42,374 nt of DNA from contig CBDCCZ010000053.1 in the NCBI GenBank assembly GCA_965215005.1, positions 1-42,374 of the forward strand. Reading direction: 5' to 3'. A model generated the notes under the pieces. It was given only the letters and a program-made list of their open reading frames with translations, ran no database searches and was not told the origin of the DNA. Of the stretch, positions 1 through 11,396 are shown one piece after another. Position 1 is the first letter of the stretch. Each line of letters starts with the position of its first letter. This DNA is from Kofleriaceae bacterium. GTDB taxonomy: Bacteria; Myxococcota_A; Polyangia; Haliangiales; Haliangiaceae. The position numbers were made by a program, and so were the translations under genes.

Positions 1-312
1 CGTTCCCTCGGCGGTGGCGCGAAAGCTGCCGTCGCTAGCGCGTTCCACCTCCGAGATGCTCACGAGCTCAAACGTCGCGGAGGGGTGCGTATCGAGCTCG
101 AGATCTTTCTTGAGCTTGCGGTTCTTGAGCCAGTCGCCCGCATCGAAGGCGCGCATATCGACGGTGAAGTGCGCCTTGGCAGCGGCGAGACTGTCGGGAT
201 CGGCGTCGATCTCCCCGTCGATTCGATTCCAGGTGGTGCTGGTATCGTGAATGCTCGAGGTGGAGTGCACCACGAGCTGACTTTGGGCGCTGGTTACTCG
301 GTAATGCGGCAT
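1..312 (-). CDS. YceI-like lipid/polyisoprenoid-binding protein, 3' end truncated by window edge
   Basis: Not in the ORF track. Manual translation from ATG 312: MPHYRVTSAQSQLVVHSTSSIHDTSTTWNRIDGEIDADPDSLAAAKAHFTVDMRAFDAGDWLKNRKLKKDLELDTHPSATFELVSI..., open to the edge, with a YceI-like pattern. Confidence 0.7.
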   Translation of the reverse strand, partial: MPHYRVTSAQSQLVVHSTSSIHDTSTTWNRIDGEIDADPDSLAAAKAHFTVDMRAFDAGDWLKNRKLKKDLELDTHPSATFELVSISEVERASDGSFRATAEGT

Positions 313-381
313 GGCGAAGGCTCTTGCGAAGTGTGGCAGCGGCTTCGACGGCAAGCGATCATGGAGCGAAGAGGCCGATCT

Positions 382-1155
<774 letters not shown>

Positions 1156-1164
1156 AGCGTCCCG

Positions 1165-1193
1165 ATTTTATTCGTCTTGCGCCTCGGTGTCAC
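1165..1193 (-). promoter_or_regulatory. sigma70-type promoter of the phosphatase gene
   Basis: Minus strand GTGACA-N17-TAAAAT; the -10 ends 9 nt before GTG 1155. Confidence 0.6.
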
Positions 1194-1312
1194 TCGCTGG
1201 ACCAGTCGATCCCTCGCCAAGGGCGGGATCGGCGACGTTTTACGCCACCGGTGCCGACGAAACCGGCTCTGCGAGCGCCATGGCAATCGTCGGATGTGTA
1301 CCATCGCAAGCC

Positions 1313-2557
1313 GTGTACGCAGAGATCCTCACCATCGGCGACGAGCTCTGTCGCGGCGAGATCATTGATACGAACTCGGCGTGGCTGGCCGCCGAGCTCT
1401 GGGATCTCGACGTCACCGTTCGCTGGATGACCAGCTGTCGCGACGACCCCAGCGACATGCAGAGCGCGCTCCGCCAGGCGTGCGACCGCGCTGATCTGAT
1501 CATTACATCGGGTGGGCTGGGTCCCACGCAGGACGACCTCACGGTGGATGTCGTGAGTGAGCTCGTTGGCGTCGAGCCTGTGGTCGACCCCGAGGCGCGG
1601 GCACGGCTCGAAGCGCGGCTGGCAAAGGCGAGCCTGCGCATGCCCGATCGCGAACGCCAGCTCCGGGTGCCATCTGGGGCGCGGGTGCTGGGCAATCCGG
1701 CGGGGCTGGCACCGGCCTTCGAGGTGGCGCTGGCGGGAACGCCGCTGATGTGCTTGCCCGGTATTCCGCGCGAGATCTATGCGATCTTCGAAGCGGCGAT
1801 GGGGCCACGGATCGCGGCGCTGCGTGATGCGCGGCCGGGCCGCGAGCATATCGCGCGGCGCATCTTCCGCATGTTCGGTCGCGGCGAGTCGCAAGCGGCG
1901 GCCGATCTCAAAGGGTTGGTCGAGGGCGTGCGTGGGGCCTCGCTTCATTATCAAGTGAAGTTTCCCGAGGTGCTCGTCAAGCTGGCGGTGCGCGATACCG
2001 ATTCGGCCGCGGCCGAGGCACGACTAACCGAGCTCGATGCAGAGCTGCGCAAGCGTCTGGGCGCGGATGTCTACGGCATCGATGGCGATAGCCTGGCCGC
2101 GGCACTGGGACGCGCGTTGATGGCGCGAAATTCGCGTCTTGCCACCGCCGAGTCCTGCACAGGAGGACTCCTCGGCGGCCTCCTCACCGAGGTGGCTGGG
2201 TCGTCGGTCTACTTCGCAGGGGGGGCCATCGTCTACGCCAACGACGAGAAGATTCGGCAGCTCGGGGTACGTGCCGAGACGTTGGCCCGCGAGGGTGCCG
2301 TTAGCCAAGCGTGCGTGGAGGAGATGGCGCGCGGGGCGCGCGAGCGGTTTGCCGTCGACTACGCGGTCGCGGTAAGTGGTGTCGCCGGTCCCGGTGGCGG
2401 TAGCGCCGATAAGCCGGTCGGCACGGTGTGGCTCGCGGTCGCGGGGCCCAATGGTGAACGCAGCAGTGAGCTCCGGTACCCGGGTGCGCGCGACCAGGTG
2501 CGCCGGCTGGCGGCGTATTCGGCGATGAAGCTGGTGTTGGCGGAGCTCAATCGATGA
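1313..2557 (+). CDS. cinA: Competence/damage-inducible protein CinA (molybdopterin-binding-like domain + PncC NMN deamidase)
   Basis: [50 protein letters not shown] 1313 gives the usual CinA N-terminus (alternative ATG 1280). Lies upstream of recA. Confidence 0.93.
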   Translation: MYAEILTIGDELCRGEIIDTNSAWLAAELWDLDVTVRWMTSCRDDPSDMQSALRQACDRADLIITSGGLGPTQDDLTVDVVSELVGVEPVVDPEARARLEARLAKASLRMPDRERQLRVPSGARVLGNPAGLAPAFEVALAGTPLMCLPGIPREIYAIFEAAMGPRIAALRDARPGREHIARRIFRMFGRGESQAAADLKGLVEGVRGASLHYQVKFPEVLVKLAVRDTDSAAAEARLTELDAELRKRLGADVYGIDGDSLAAALGRALMARNSRLATAESCTGGLLGGLLTEVAGSSVYFAGGAIVYANDEKIRQLGVRAETLAREGAVSQACVEEMARGARERFAVDYAVAVSGVAGPGGGSADKPVGTVWLAVAGPNGERSSELRYPGARDQVRRLAAYSAMKLVLAELNR

Positions 2558-3141
2558 GCTCGAGCCCGCGAAAGCTGTTCGTGGGGGTGCCCGTGGCGCT
2601 CGAGGTCGTGCGCGAGCTCGGCGATGTTGCGCGCCGACTCCGGCGCGAGTGCGAGGAGTTGGGGCTGCGGGTCGGTTGGGTCACGCCGGCGCGATACCAC
2701 GTGACGCTCAAGTTCATCGGCTGGGTCCGCCCCGAAGCGATCGACGCCATGGCCGACGCGGTGCGCGCGGCGGTGGTGGGGCAGCGGCGGTTTCGCTTCG
2801 GCGCGCGCGGTCTCGGGGCCTTTCCCCAGCCGAACAAGGCCCGGGTGTTGTGGGCCGGCGTCGAGGACGAGAAGGAGCGCCTCGCGGTGCTGGCGGGGCG
2901 AATCGACGCGGAGCTGGCGCGCGTTGGGGTCGAGGCAGAGCGGCGGCCCTTCCATCCGCACGTGACGCTCGGCCGCGTCAAAGCCGGTCCAGCGAACGTC
3001 GCTGACCTGCTCGAACGTTTCTCTGCGCATGTGTTCAGTGACACCTGGGTCGATGCCGTCGTTCTGTTTGAAAGCTCAACGAATTCAGATGGTTCTGAGT
3101 GCCACCGCGTCGCCGAAGCGGCCCTTGACGACGCTTCGTGA
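2554..3141 (+). CDS. thpR: RNA 2',3'-cyclic phosphodiesterase (2H phosphoesterase, ThpR/LigT)
   Basis: Two HxT motifs ([16 protein letters not shown]), [18 protein letters not shown] overlap with cinA. Confidence 0.92.
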   Translation: MSSSPRKLFVGVPVALEVVRELGDVARRLRRECEELGLRVGWVTPARYHVTLKFIGWVRPEAIDAMADAVRAAVVGQRRFRFGARGLGAFPQPNKARVLWAGVEDEKERLAVLAGRIDAELARVGVEAERRPFHPHVTLGRVKAGPANVADLLERFSAHVFSDTWVDAVVLFESSTNSDGSECHRVAEAALDDAS

Positions 3142-3153
3142 GCTCGCCATCGT
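3125..3153 (+). promoter_or_regulatory. Candidate sigma70 promoter for recA
   Basis: TTGACG-N17-CATCGT overlapping the thpR stop; SD GAGGAG at 3294-3299 before the recA ATG. Confidence 0.4.
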
Positions 3154-3308
3154 CACACCCCCGAGCTACAAGGGGGCTCGTGACCACCGCCGCTGCTCAT
3201 GCCCAGGTGGGGCTTCGAGAGTGGGCGCGGGTGGCGATCACACCCGGCGAGCCAGCATCGAGCGTGGGTGGCCGCAACCCGGCAAGCGACTTAGAGGAGT
3301 AACGGCAG

Positions 3309-4454
<1,146 letters not shown>

Positions 4455-4589
4455 GGCTGACGCCGTAGAATCGCTGCGTGCTCAGCGGTGGGAGGGCGTG
4501 GTAGTGGCAGCGACATCGGCGTCTACAAGGTGGTGCGGCGGTGGTCCTCGACGACTGCTGCTCTGCCTCGGCTCTGATATTCTCGCGCC

Positions 4590-5438
4590 ATGGCACACAC
4601 GCTTCGCGGCCTTCTGTTCGCAGTGCTCATCGTGGTGCTTCTGCCAGCGTCGGCGTTTGCCGATACGGCGGAAGCTCATTATCGCGAGGGTCGCGCGCTC
4701 AAAGAACAAGGCAAGCTCGATGAGGCGATTGCGGCGCTCGAAAAGGCCGTGGCGGCTCGCGCCAATCACGGCATGGCGTGGGCATCGCTAGGACACCTCT
4801 ACAAGCAGAAGAATGCCTATTCAAAGGCAGTGGCTGCCTACGAGAAGGCCACGGCGCTGATCCCTAAAGACGCGGTGCTCTGGTCGAACTTGGGCATGGC
4901 GTACTACCGCGCCGAGCAGGTCGATAAGGCGATCGTCGCGCTGAGGAAGGCGTGTCGCCTCGATCCGAAGAACGCCGAAATCCACGCCAATCTCGGTACG
5001 ATGCGCCGGCAAAAGGGCGATTTGCAGGGCGCCCTCAAGAACCTGGCGTTCGCCGTGAAGCTAGCGCCAAACGATCCGGTGTTTCGCAGTAACTATGGGC
5101 TGGCGCTGCGCGTGGCCGAGCGTAACCAGGAGGCCATCGCGCAGCTTCAGAAGGCCATTGAGCTCGACGGTACGCAGGCCGAGTATCACTTCAACTTGGC
5201 GGTGGCCTTCCGCCGCGAGGAGCTCATTGATGAAGCCATCGATGCTTACACCACGGCGGTTACCCTCGACGATGGCTTCGCCAAGGCTTGGTACGACCTT
5301 GGCCACATGCACCGGCTCAATCACGACAACGACAAAGCCGTCGCCGCGTTTCGCAAGTACCTAGCGCTGACCAAGGGCAAAGACAAAGGCGCGGATAAGC
5401 GGGTGCAGGAGGAGATCGACGCGCTCAAGGGCAAATGA
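4590..5438 (+). CDS. Secreted tetratricopeptide-repeat protein
   Basis: Signal peptide (..ASAFA-D) followed by about 7 TPR-like 34-aa repeats (AWASLG, LWSNLG, IHANLG, YHFNLA, AWYDLG). Confidence 0.88.
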   Translation: MAHTLRGLLFAVLIVVLLPASAFADTAEAHYREGRALKEQGKLDEAIAALEKAVAARANHGMAWASLGHLYKQKNAYSKAVAAYEKATALIPKDAVLWSNLGMAYYRAEQVDKAIVALRKACRLDPKNAEIHANLGTMRRQKGDLQGALKNLAFAVKLAPNDPVFRSNYGLALRVAERNQEAIAQLQKAIELDGTQAEYHFNLAVAFRREELIDEAIDAYTTAVTLDDGFAKAWYDLGHMHRLNHDNDKAVAAFRKYLALTKGKDKGADKRVQEEIDALKGK

Positions 5439-5450
5439 GAACAGCGCGGC

Positions 5451-5492
5451 TGCCGCGGCGCGCTGACCACGCAGTGCCGCGGCGCGCTGACC
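5451..5492. repeat. 18-bp direct repeat x2 between convergent genes
   Basis: TGCCGCGGCGCGCTGACC at 5451-5468 and 5475-5492; partial third copy AGTGCCGCG at 5512-5520. Confidence 0.7.
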
Positions 5493-5520
5493 GCCTCGGC
5501 GCCGCTATGTTAGTGCCGCG

Positions 5521-6273
5521 TTAGCTGAGTCGCTCGCGCAGCCGTTCTTGCTTTGCTCGCAGCCGCTCTTCCATCTCGGGGCGCTCGAGCTGTCGCGCTC
5601 GGTCGGCGCCCTTGCCGAGCCAGTAGATCGACCGCGCGACCGCGCCGGCGGCCAAAAACACCCGGCTCGCGCCGAGTGCGACCACTAAGTCGCCATCGTC
5701 TTGAAGATGCCGGCACTCATAGGCCTCGTGGGCTCGCTCTAGATGGCCGCATTGCGCCAGATACGCGGCCAGACCATCCTCAACTGCCGCCAGCCGCTCG
5801 CTCCAGTCTTGCGTGTTGCCCGGCGCCTCGGCGCACAGCCGGGTGAAGGTCTCATACACGCGCAGCGTGCGCTCGCGGTCGTCTTCGCCAAACTCGACGA
5901 GCAGCTGCAAGAACGGCGTGTACAGCACCAGCTCGTCGATTTCCGAGGTGAGGAGATTTTCGAGGAGGTCGAAATCGAGCTCCTCGGCCTGCAGCGATGC
6001 CGAGACGAGCGTCGCTAGCTCGATGGCGTGCGGGGAGTCGTCGAAGAGGGTGCGAGCCTGGCCAAGACCCTCATCGCGGATGACTTGACCGACTCGCTCG
6101 GCGCGCGCCACGTGCTCGGCAATCTGCGGCCAGACGCCGGATGGCACCCCGATGGGAGGGGTCGGCGGGGGCTCGAAGAAAGGATGGAAGTGCTCCTGCC
6201 AATCTTCATGTTGAGATGACAGGACATCGCGAGCCGCGCGGACGACATTGGTGTCGAGCCAAGTAATGCGCAT
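5521..6273 (-). CDS. Hypothetical helical protein, possibly TPR-like C-terminus
   Basis: 250-aa ORF with host-like codon use filling the gap. ATG 6273 has TATGCT 6 nt upstream (ORF-track start is 6291). Confidence 0.75.
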   Translation of the reverse strand: MRITWLDTNVVRAARDVLSSQHEDWQEHFHPFFEPPPTPPIGVPSGVWPQIAEHVARAERVGQVIRDEGLGQARTLFDDSPHAIELATLVSASLQAEELDFDLLENLLTSEIDELVLYTPFLQLLVEFGEDDRERTLRVYETFTRLCAEAPGNTQDWSERLAAVEDGLAAYLAQCGHLERAHEAYECRHLQDDGDLVVALGASRVFLAAGAVARSIYWLGKGADRARQLERPEMEERLRAKQERLRERLS

Positions 6274-6328
6274 GACCGCAGCATAGCGCACCGTTGCGAT
6301 TTGGCGGCCAGAGCCGAGGCGGCCGGAG

Positions 6329-6868
6329 TCAGCGGCGAACGCGGGCAGAGGGAAGCCGCGGCGAGGCGTCGGCGCGGATGCGACGGGCGCGCCAAGCGGC
6401 GCGGAGCGCTCCGAAGATGGAGACTCCGATGACGGTCGCGACGCAGAGCCACGGCGGGCTGAGCACCCGGCCGGGGTCGTTCAGTATCGTGAGGGCAAAG
6501 TCCAGGGCGAAGAATCCCGCCACCGCCACGGTCACGGGCAACGGCGCCCGGCGCGCGAGCATCGCCAGCAGCGCCAGCGTTAGGCCGGCCGCCAGCTGCG
6601 GCAGCACCAAGGTCGCATACTGTTGTTGCTGACCGGGTCCGGCGAGATGCGCCCACGCCACCAGGCCGATAGTGAACTTGAGCGCGGCAAGCCCCCACAG
6701 CAGCCGCTTGAGAAAGACCAGCTCGGGCTCGAGCTCGGCGTGAATGCGCAGCTCCGCGGCGCGGTTGGCGCCGCAGTGTTCACACCGCTCTTCATCGGGA
6801 GAAGCAAATTCCTCGCCGCAGCGGAGGCAGTGACTTCCGAGACCTTTGGGAGGCAGCATGAGGCGCAT
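6329..6868 (-). CDS. Hypothetical membrane protein with N-terminal zinc ribbon
   Basis: CLRC-x11-CEHC followed by about 4 hydrophobic segments. Start ATG 6868 or 6859. Confidence 0.7.
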   Translation of the reverse strand: MRLMLPPKGLGSHCLRCGEEFASPDEERCEHCGANRAAELRIHAELEPELVFLKRLLWGLAALKFTIGLVAWAHLAGPGQQQQYATLVLPQLAAGLTLALLAMLARRAPLPVTVAVAGFFALDFALTILNDPGRVLSPPWLCVATVIGVSIFGALRAAWRARRIRADASPRLPSARVRR

Positions 6869-6988
6869 AGATATCGCAATGACCACGGGTCGACCAACGG
6901 CAATTCGTGGCACGCTGTCAGACGCGCTCGTGGCGGCCAAGGTTGGCACGATGTAGACGGTCGACCCCGCTCGCGAGCGCCTGCTTGC

Positions 6989-8371
6989 TCAGAGAACGTC
7001 GAGCGCAGCGGCCAGCGACTTTACCGGCACCAGCTCGAGCCCGACCTTGGCCTCCAGCCGCGCCGCGTTCTGTGCCGGCAAGATGCAGCGGGCAAAGCCG
7101 AGCTTGGCGGCCTCGGCGAGCCGGACCTCGGCGAGGTTGACCGCTCGCACCTCACCCGCCAAACCAATCTCGCCAAATACGATGGTGCGCGCGTCGACGG
7201 CGCGGCCGCGCGCCGAGGAAGCGATGGCGGCGGCGACGCCCAAATCCACCGCCGGTTCTGCCAAGCGGACGCCGCCCGCCACGTTGACGAACACGTCGCT
7301 GGTGATGACATCGCAACCAGCGCGCTGCGCCAACACCGCCAGGAGCAGCGACACTCGATTGCCATCGACTCCGGCGGCGGTGCGGCGTCCCACGGCCGCC
7401 GAAGGAGGTGCCACGAGCGCCTGAATCTCCACCAGAATCGGCCGGCTTCCCTCAGCGCTGGCCACCACCACCGAGCCCGGCGCTCCAAGTGGACGTTCTG
7501 CCAAGAACAGCTCAGAGGGATTCTCGACCTCGCACAAGCCTGCGGAGCGCATCTCGAAGACGCCGATCTCCTGGGTCGAACCGAAGCGATTTTTGTGACT
7601 GCGAAGGATTCGATACGGACTGCCGCCTTCGCCCTCGAATGACAGCACGGTATCGACCACGTGCTCCAGAGTCTTGGGCCCCGCGATCGAGCCATCCTTG
7701 GTGACATGACCGACGAGGATGGTAGGAATGCCGGTGTTCTTGGCAAACCCCATCAGTCGGCCGGCGCATTCGCGAACTTGGCCGATGCTGCCGGGAATCG
7801 ACTCCAGGAGGTCGCTGTGCACCGTTTGCACCGAATCGATCGCCAGCACCGTCGGTTTCATCGCGCCGGCGTGCGCGAGAATTCGCTCGAGGTTGGTCTC
7901 CGCTAGCAGCGCGACGCCCGCGGTAGCCGCGCCGACACGCCGTGCCCGCATGGCGGTTTGTCCTACCGACTCCTCACCGCTCACGTAGAGCACGCGACGC
8001 TCTTCTGTGGGTGAATCGGCGAGGCCGCGGAGCATTTGCACGAGCAGCGTCGACTTACCGATGCCGGGCTCGCCGCCGAGCAACACCAGCGAGCCATGCA
8101 CCAATCCGCCGCCGAGCACGCGGTCGAGCTCGCGAATGCCGCAGGTGAGCCGACTGGCGCCGTCGAGCTCGGCGACTTGATCGATGGGCACCGGCGCGGC
8201 GGCGCCAGCCGCGGGCGTGGCGGCGCCGCGGACCGGCCGCGCGACTACTTCCTCGACCAGGCTATTCCACTCGCCGCACTCGGGGCAGCGGCCCATCCAG
8301 CGGGCCTCGGCGTGATTGCACGCGCCGCAGCGATAGACCGCCTTGTTGGCGCGACGAGGAAGTTTCGCCAT
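6989..8371 (-). CDS. radA: DNA repair protein RadA/Sms
   Basis: C4 zinc finger CGAC..CPEC, Walker A GEPGIGKS, SGEES, DSVQT, KNRFG, Lon-like C-terminus (GEIGLAGEVR). Confidence 0.98.
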   Translation of the reverse strand: MAKLPRRANKAVYRCGACNHAEARWMGRCPECGEWNSLVEEVVARPVRGAATPAAGAAAPVPIDQVAELDGASRLTCGIRELDRVLGGGLVHGSLVLLGGEPGIGKSTLLVQMLRGLADSPTEERRVLYVSGEESVGQTAMRARRVGAATAGVALLAETNLERILAHAGAMKPTVLAIDSVQTVHSDLLESIPGSIGQVRECAGRLMGFAKNTGIPTILVGHVTKDGSIAGPKTLEHVVDTVLSFEGEGGSPYRILRSHKNRFGSTQEIGVFEMRSAGLCEVENPSELFLAERPLGAPGSVVVASAEGSRPILVEIQALVAPPSAAVGRRTAAGVDGNRVSLLLAVLAQRAGCDVITSDVFVNVAGGVRLAEPAVDLGVAAAIASSARGRAVDARTIVFGEIGLAGEVRAVNLAEVRLAEAAKLGFARCILPAQNAARLEAKVGLELVPVKSLAAALDVL

Positions 8372-8377
8372 GCTCGT

Positions 8378-10192
8378 TCAGAACGCGACGATCAAGCGGG
8401 TTTGGAAGGTCTGGGCGATCTCCGCATTGCCGGCGTTGTCTTCGTAGTTGAAGCCAGGGCCGCCACCGCCGTCTTCGTCGCGGGGATGATCGAGCGCGGC
8501 CAGCGGAAACAGCACACCGTAGCTGATGCCCGCAAAGAACGCGCCGTTGTGATAGCCGAGGTCGCCATCGAGCTCGACGCCATACATGCGCGCGTTGCCG
8601 GGCGTCGCGACCTCCTCATTGGCAAAGCTCACCACGCCTTGACCGCGAAAGCTGATCGACTTGGTGATGTCGTAGGTCACCGAGGGCCGGGCATAGGTCG
8701 CGTTGCTGACTGCGCCCATGAGCTCGCGAAATAGGATCAAGTCGATCTCGTACTCGGGGTCGAAGAGGAAGCGATTGACCTGGTCATCGCCGGCGCCGGG
8801 AATCAGCTGCGCGTTGCGGAAGTGCAGCGAGCCTTGCGGGTTGTTGTCCCACTCGTCGCCGGAGGCATAGCCAGCTTCGAGTCCCAGCCGAAGCGTATCG
8901 TCGAGCAGCTTGAGCTCGAGGCGAGCGACCGCGCCGAGCTGCTTCACATCGAGCTCTTCGGGGGTGCCGGTCTCGAGGTTGGAGGTGCCGTTCAAGTCAC
9001 CGAATCTGGCCACCGCTTCGGCTTCGAACGTGAACTGCTGATAGCCTACGCGAAGCCACAGATCGGGAATGTAGAGCTTGCTCGAGCGCGGCACGAACAT
9101 CTCCGCATCCACCTCTTCGCCGACCTCCAGCGAAGAAAAGTCGTACTCCCAGTCCTGCGTTCGGTAGGTCACGTAGGCGCCGTAGTTGAGCGCCAGCTCG
9201 CCCTCGTCGAGCTTCTCTTGGAAGCGCTCGGGAGAGTCGGTGTCCGCGACGATGAAGACCCAGTCATTGACGTCGTCGTTGTCGTCGAGGTCATACGGCT
9301 GGCCGAAGTAACGGTCCTGCCAAAGCTCGGTTTGCGCGGCAGTGGGCGCGCTCTGGCCCCAGTCGACACCAATGGCCGCGCTGAGCGGGGTGCTGGGAAT
9401 ATTGGTGGAAAAGATCAGTCGGTCGACGCTATCGCCAAAGTCGCCATCGAAATCGTAGGTGCCGTGCAGCGGGTCGTGCCCGCCGGCGTTGGCCAGGATT
9501 CCTAGGCCCCATTGATTGGGCATGCGGCCAAACTTGAGCAGCCCGAGCGGCGTCATCACTTCCGCCCACGCCCGCTTCACCACGATGGAATCGGTGAGCG
9601 CGTTGCGACCCGCTTCGGGCGCGACCTGCGAGTCACTGAAGACGCCGGTTGGGATGTTGCCTGGTCGCGGGGTGCCGTCGAGGAAGACGCCATCGGCGCT
9701 GGAGCCGAGCACCAGGTTGTCGAGCACATCGACCTGGAAGTGCACCGAGGTGCTTTCATCGAGGTTGATGACCGGCTCGAGGCGCAGCCGAATGTTTGCG
9801 CTTCTCAAGGATGAGTCGCAGGGGGTTCCTTCTGCCGCTTCAGCGCCACAGCCAAGCGGATCGGGGAACGGGGCGCCGCCAGGGCCATCATCGCGAAAGC
9901 CCATGTTGAACTTCTTGAACCAGTCAGTGCGAAACCGAAAGTAGCCGTCGAGCTCGAACAGTTGGAACTGCTTGCGCTTGTTCTGTGGCGGCGGAAGCAC
10001 CGGCGTGGTGGGAAGTTGGCCGGTATCGCTCGGAGCTTCTTCGGCGACGCCTTTGGGCTTGTCTTCGGTTGGGGTGGTCGGGCCGATGGGATTGGGGCCG
10101 ACCTGAGCGGCCACAGGACCGGCGCTGGCGAGCGTAATGCCACCGAAAAGCAGGAGGGCGGCCATCCAGCGGAGGCGAGGCCAAAGAATCAT
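8378..10192 (-). CDS. Myxobacterial outer-membrane beta-barrel protein (TIGR04551-like)
   Basis: Signal peptide, DGYFRFRTD, ANIRLRLEP, VKRAWAEV, FGRMPNQWGLG, C-terminal Phe (RLIVAF); GGAG SD 7 nt before the ATG. Confidence 0.8.
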   Translation of the reverse strand: MILWPRLRWMAALLLFGGITLASAGPVAAQVGPNPIGPTTPTEDKPKGVAEEAPSDTGQLPTTPVLPPPQNKRKQFQLFELDGYFRFRTDWFKKFNMGFRDDGPGGAPFPDPLGCGAEAAEGTPCDSSLRSANIRLRLEPVINLDESTSVHFQVDVLDNLVLGSSADGVFLDGTPRPGNIPTGVFSDSQVAPEAGRNALTDSIVVKRAWAEVMTPLGLLKFGRMPNQWGLGILANAGGHDPLHGTYDFDGDFGDSVDRLIFSTNIPSTPLSAAIGVDWGQSAPTAAQTELWQDRYFGQPYDLDDNDDVNDWVFIVADTDSPERFQEKLDEGELALNYGAYVTYRTQDWEYDFSSLEVGEEVDAEMFVPRSSKLYIPDLWLRVGYQQFTFEAEAVARFGDLNGTSNLETGTPEELDVKQLGAVARLELKLLDDTLRLGLEAGYASGDEWDNNPQGSLHFRNAQLIPGAGDDQVNRFLFDPEYEIDLILFRELMGAVSNATYARPSVTYDITKSISFRGQGVVSFANEEVATPGNARMYGVELDGDLGYHNGAFFAGISYGVLFPLAALDHPRDEDGGGGPGFNYEDNAGNAEIAQTFQTRLIVAF

Positions 10193-10245
10193 CGGAGGAC
10201 TCCGGGGAAGCGAAAGAACTGCATGGGTAGGATGAATGCGCGCGG

Positions 10246-10274
10246 ACTATAGACATGCGTCATGCCACCGTCAA
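10246..10274 (-). promoter_or_regulatory. Near-consensus sigma70 promoter for the barrel-radA unit
   Basis: Minus strand TTGACG-N17-TATAGT, about 55 nt upstream of ATG 10192. Confidence 0.7.
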
Positions 10275-10424
10275 ATGCGCGCAACAGCGCAATATTGCGA
10301 CGTAGTTGTCGCCCGGCGCACCGCTCGTGATGCTTTGACAACCGTCTCGGCTGTGGTGTTGCCCAGCGATCTCCGGCCGCTGCCTTGGGTTGCTCGAGCT
10401 GCTCCGCTCGCGCTAAGCGAAGTC

Positions 10425-11324
10425 ATGAAGCGCATCGTTTTGTTCGCCGCGCTCGCGTCGGCGTCTTGTGCTCCTCGGCAGGCTCCGTCCCGCCCGGCCA
10501 CTGCGCCGCCGCCGTCTGCCGCCGCACACCCGCGCGTCGTTGCACCGGCGGCACGGGAGGTCTTGATAGGGGAGATGTGCCCAACGGCTGCCAAGGGCCG
10601 CGCCGCGGTGCTGCCGATGTTTCTCCGTGCCGCCGATTGGGAAACTGCCGCGGAGGCGGTGAGCCGCCCCATCGAAGCGGCGCGAGCCCGGCAGTTTTCG
10701 GTGCTGGCGTGGGACGGACGCCGCGCCGGGGTGTTCGCGGTGGCGGGTGCCGCCGAGCTGGGCATGGCGCAGCGGGTCGCGCTTGGCGGTTACGCCGGCG
10801 CATCGCCCTGTACCGAACCGCCGCAGACCGGCCGCGAGCGCCGCGTCATCGCCGAGTGCAAGCAGCATCGCGCAGGCTGCGGATTGGCGCTGGCGGTGCT
10901 CGAGCCGCCTACCCATGAGGCACCACCGCTGGCCGAAGCTTCGCGGCCCATGGACGTTGCGATTGGCGGGGCCTGCGTCGTTGATGGCAAATTGCTCAGT
11001 GACATCGACGGCGACGGTCGCCTCGAGGCGTATCCAACCGCGGCGTTCCGCAGTGCTTCGGGCGGTCTCGCCGACGAGGTCGTCGCAACCGAGCTCGGCG
11101 GCGCCACTTGCTTGCCGCAGTTCGCCATAGCCGGTCTCGCTGCCGGCCAAGCGGATGACGGCATGAGCCTGCTTGGCGTTTTGGATATCGACGGCGATGG
11201 CCGACACGAGCTCATCGTCTCCTACCTTGCTGGCGAGGCGTCAACGTGGGCGATCTACAGCCCGCTCGATACGCCTGGGCGCCTGGATCGCGTCGCAGAG
11301 GCGACTTCCTGGCCGCGGCAGTAG
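10425..11324 (+). CDS. Hypothetical lipoprotein with DxDGDG Ca-binding-like loops
   Basis: MKRIVLFAALASASC lipobox-like start; DIDGDGRLE and DIDGDGRHE; several Cys. Confidence 0.75.
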   Translation: MKRIVLFAALASASCAPRQAPSRPATAPPPSAAAHPRVVAPAAREVLIGEMCPTAAKGRAAVLPMFLRAADWETAAEAVSRPIEAARARQFSVLAWDGRRAGVFAVAGAAELGMAQRVALGGYAGASPCTEPPQTGRERRVIAECKQHRAGCGLALAVLEPPTHEAPPLAEASRPMDVAIGGACVVDGKLLSDIDGDGRLEAYPTAAFRSASGGLADEVVATELGGATCLPQFAIAGLAAGQADDGMSLLGVLDIDGDGRHELIVSYLAGEASTWAIYSPLDTPGRLDRVAEATSWPRQ

Positions 11325-11396
11325 CGTTGGCATCGGCCGGTGCGGGCCGGAGAAAACCAGCTGGGACTCAAGCGCTCGGCGCTACAATGAGCGCGA

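Noticed and set aside
8365..8381. LexA box at the radA start (GTTCAG)
   Set aside because: Only the half-site matches.
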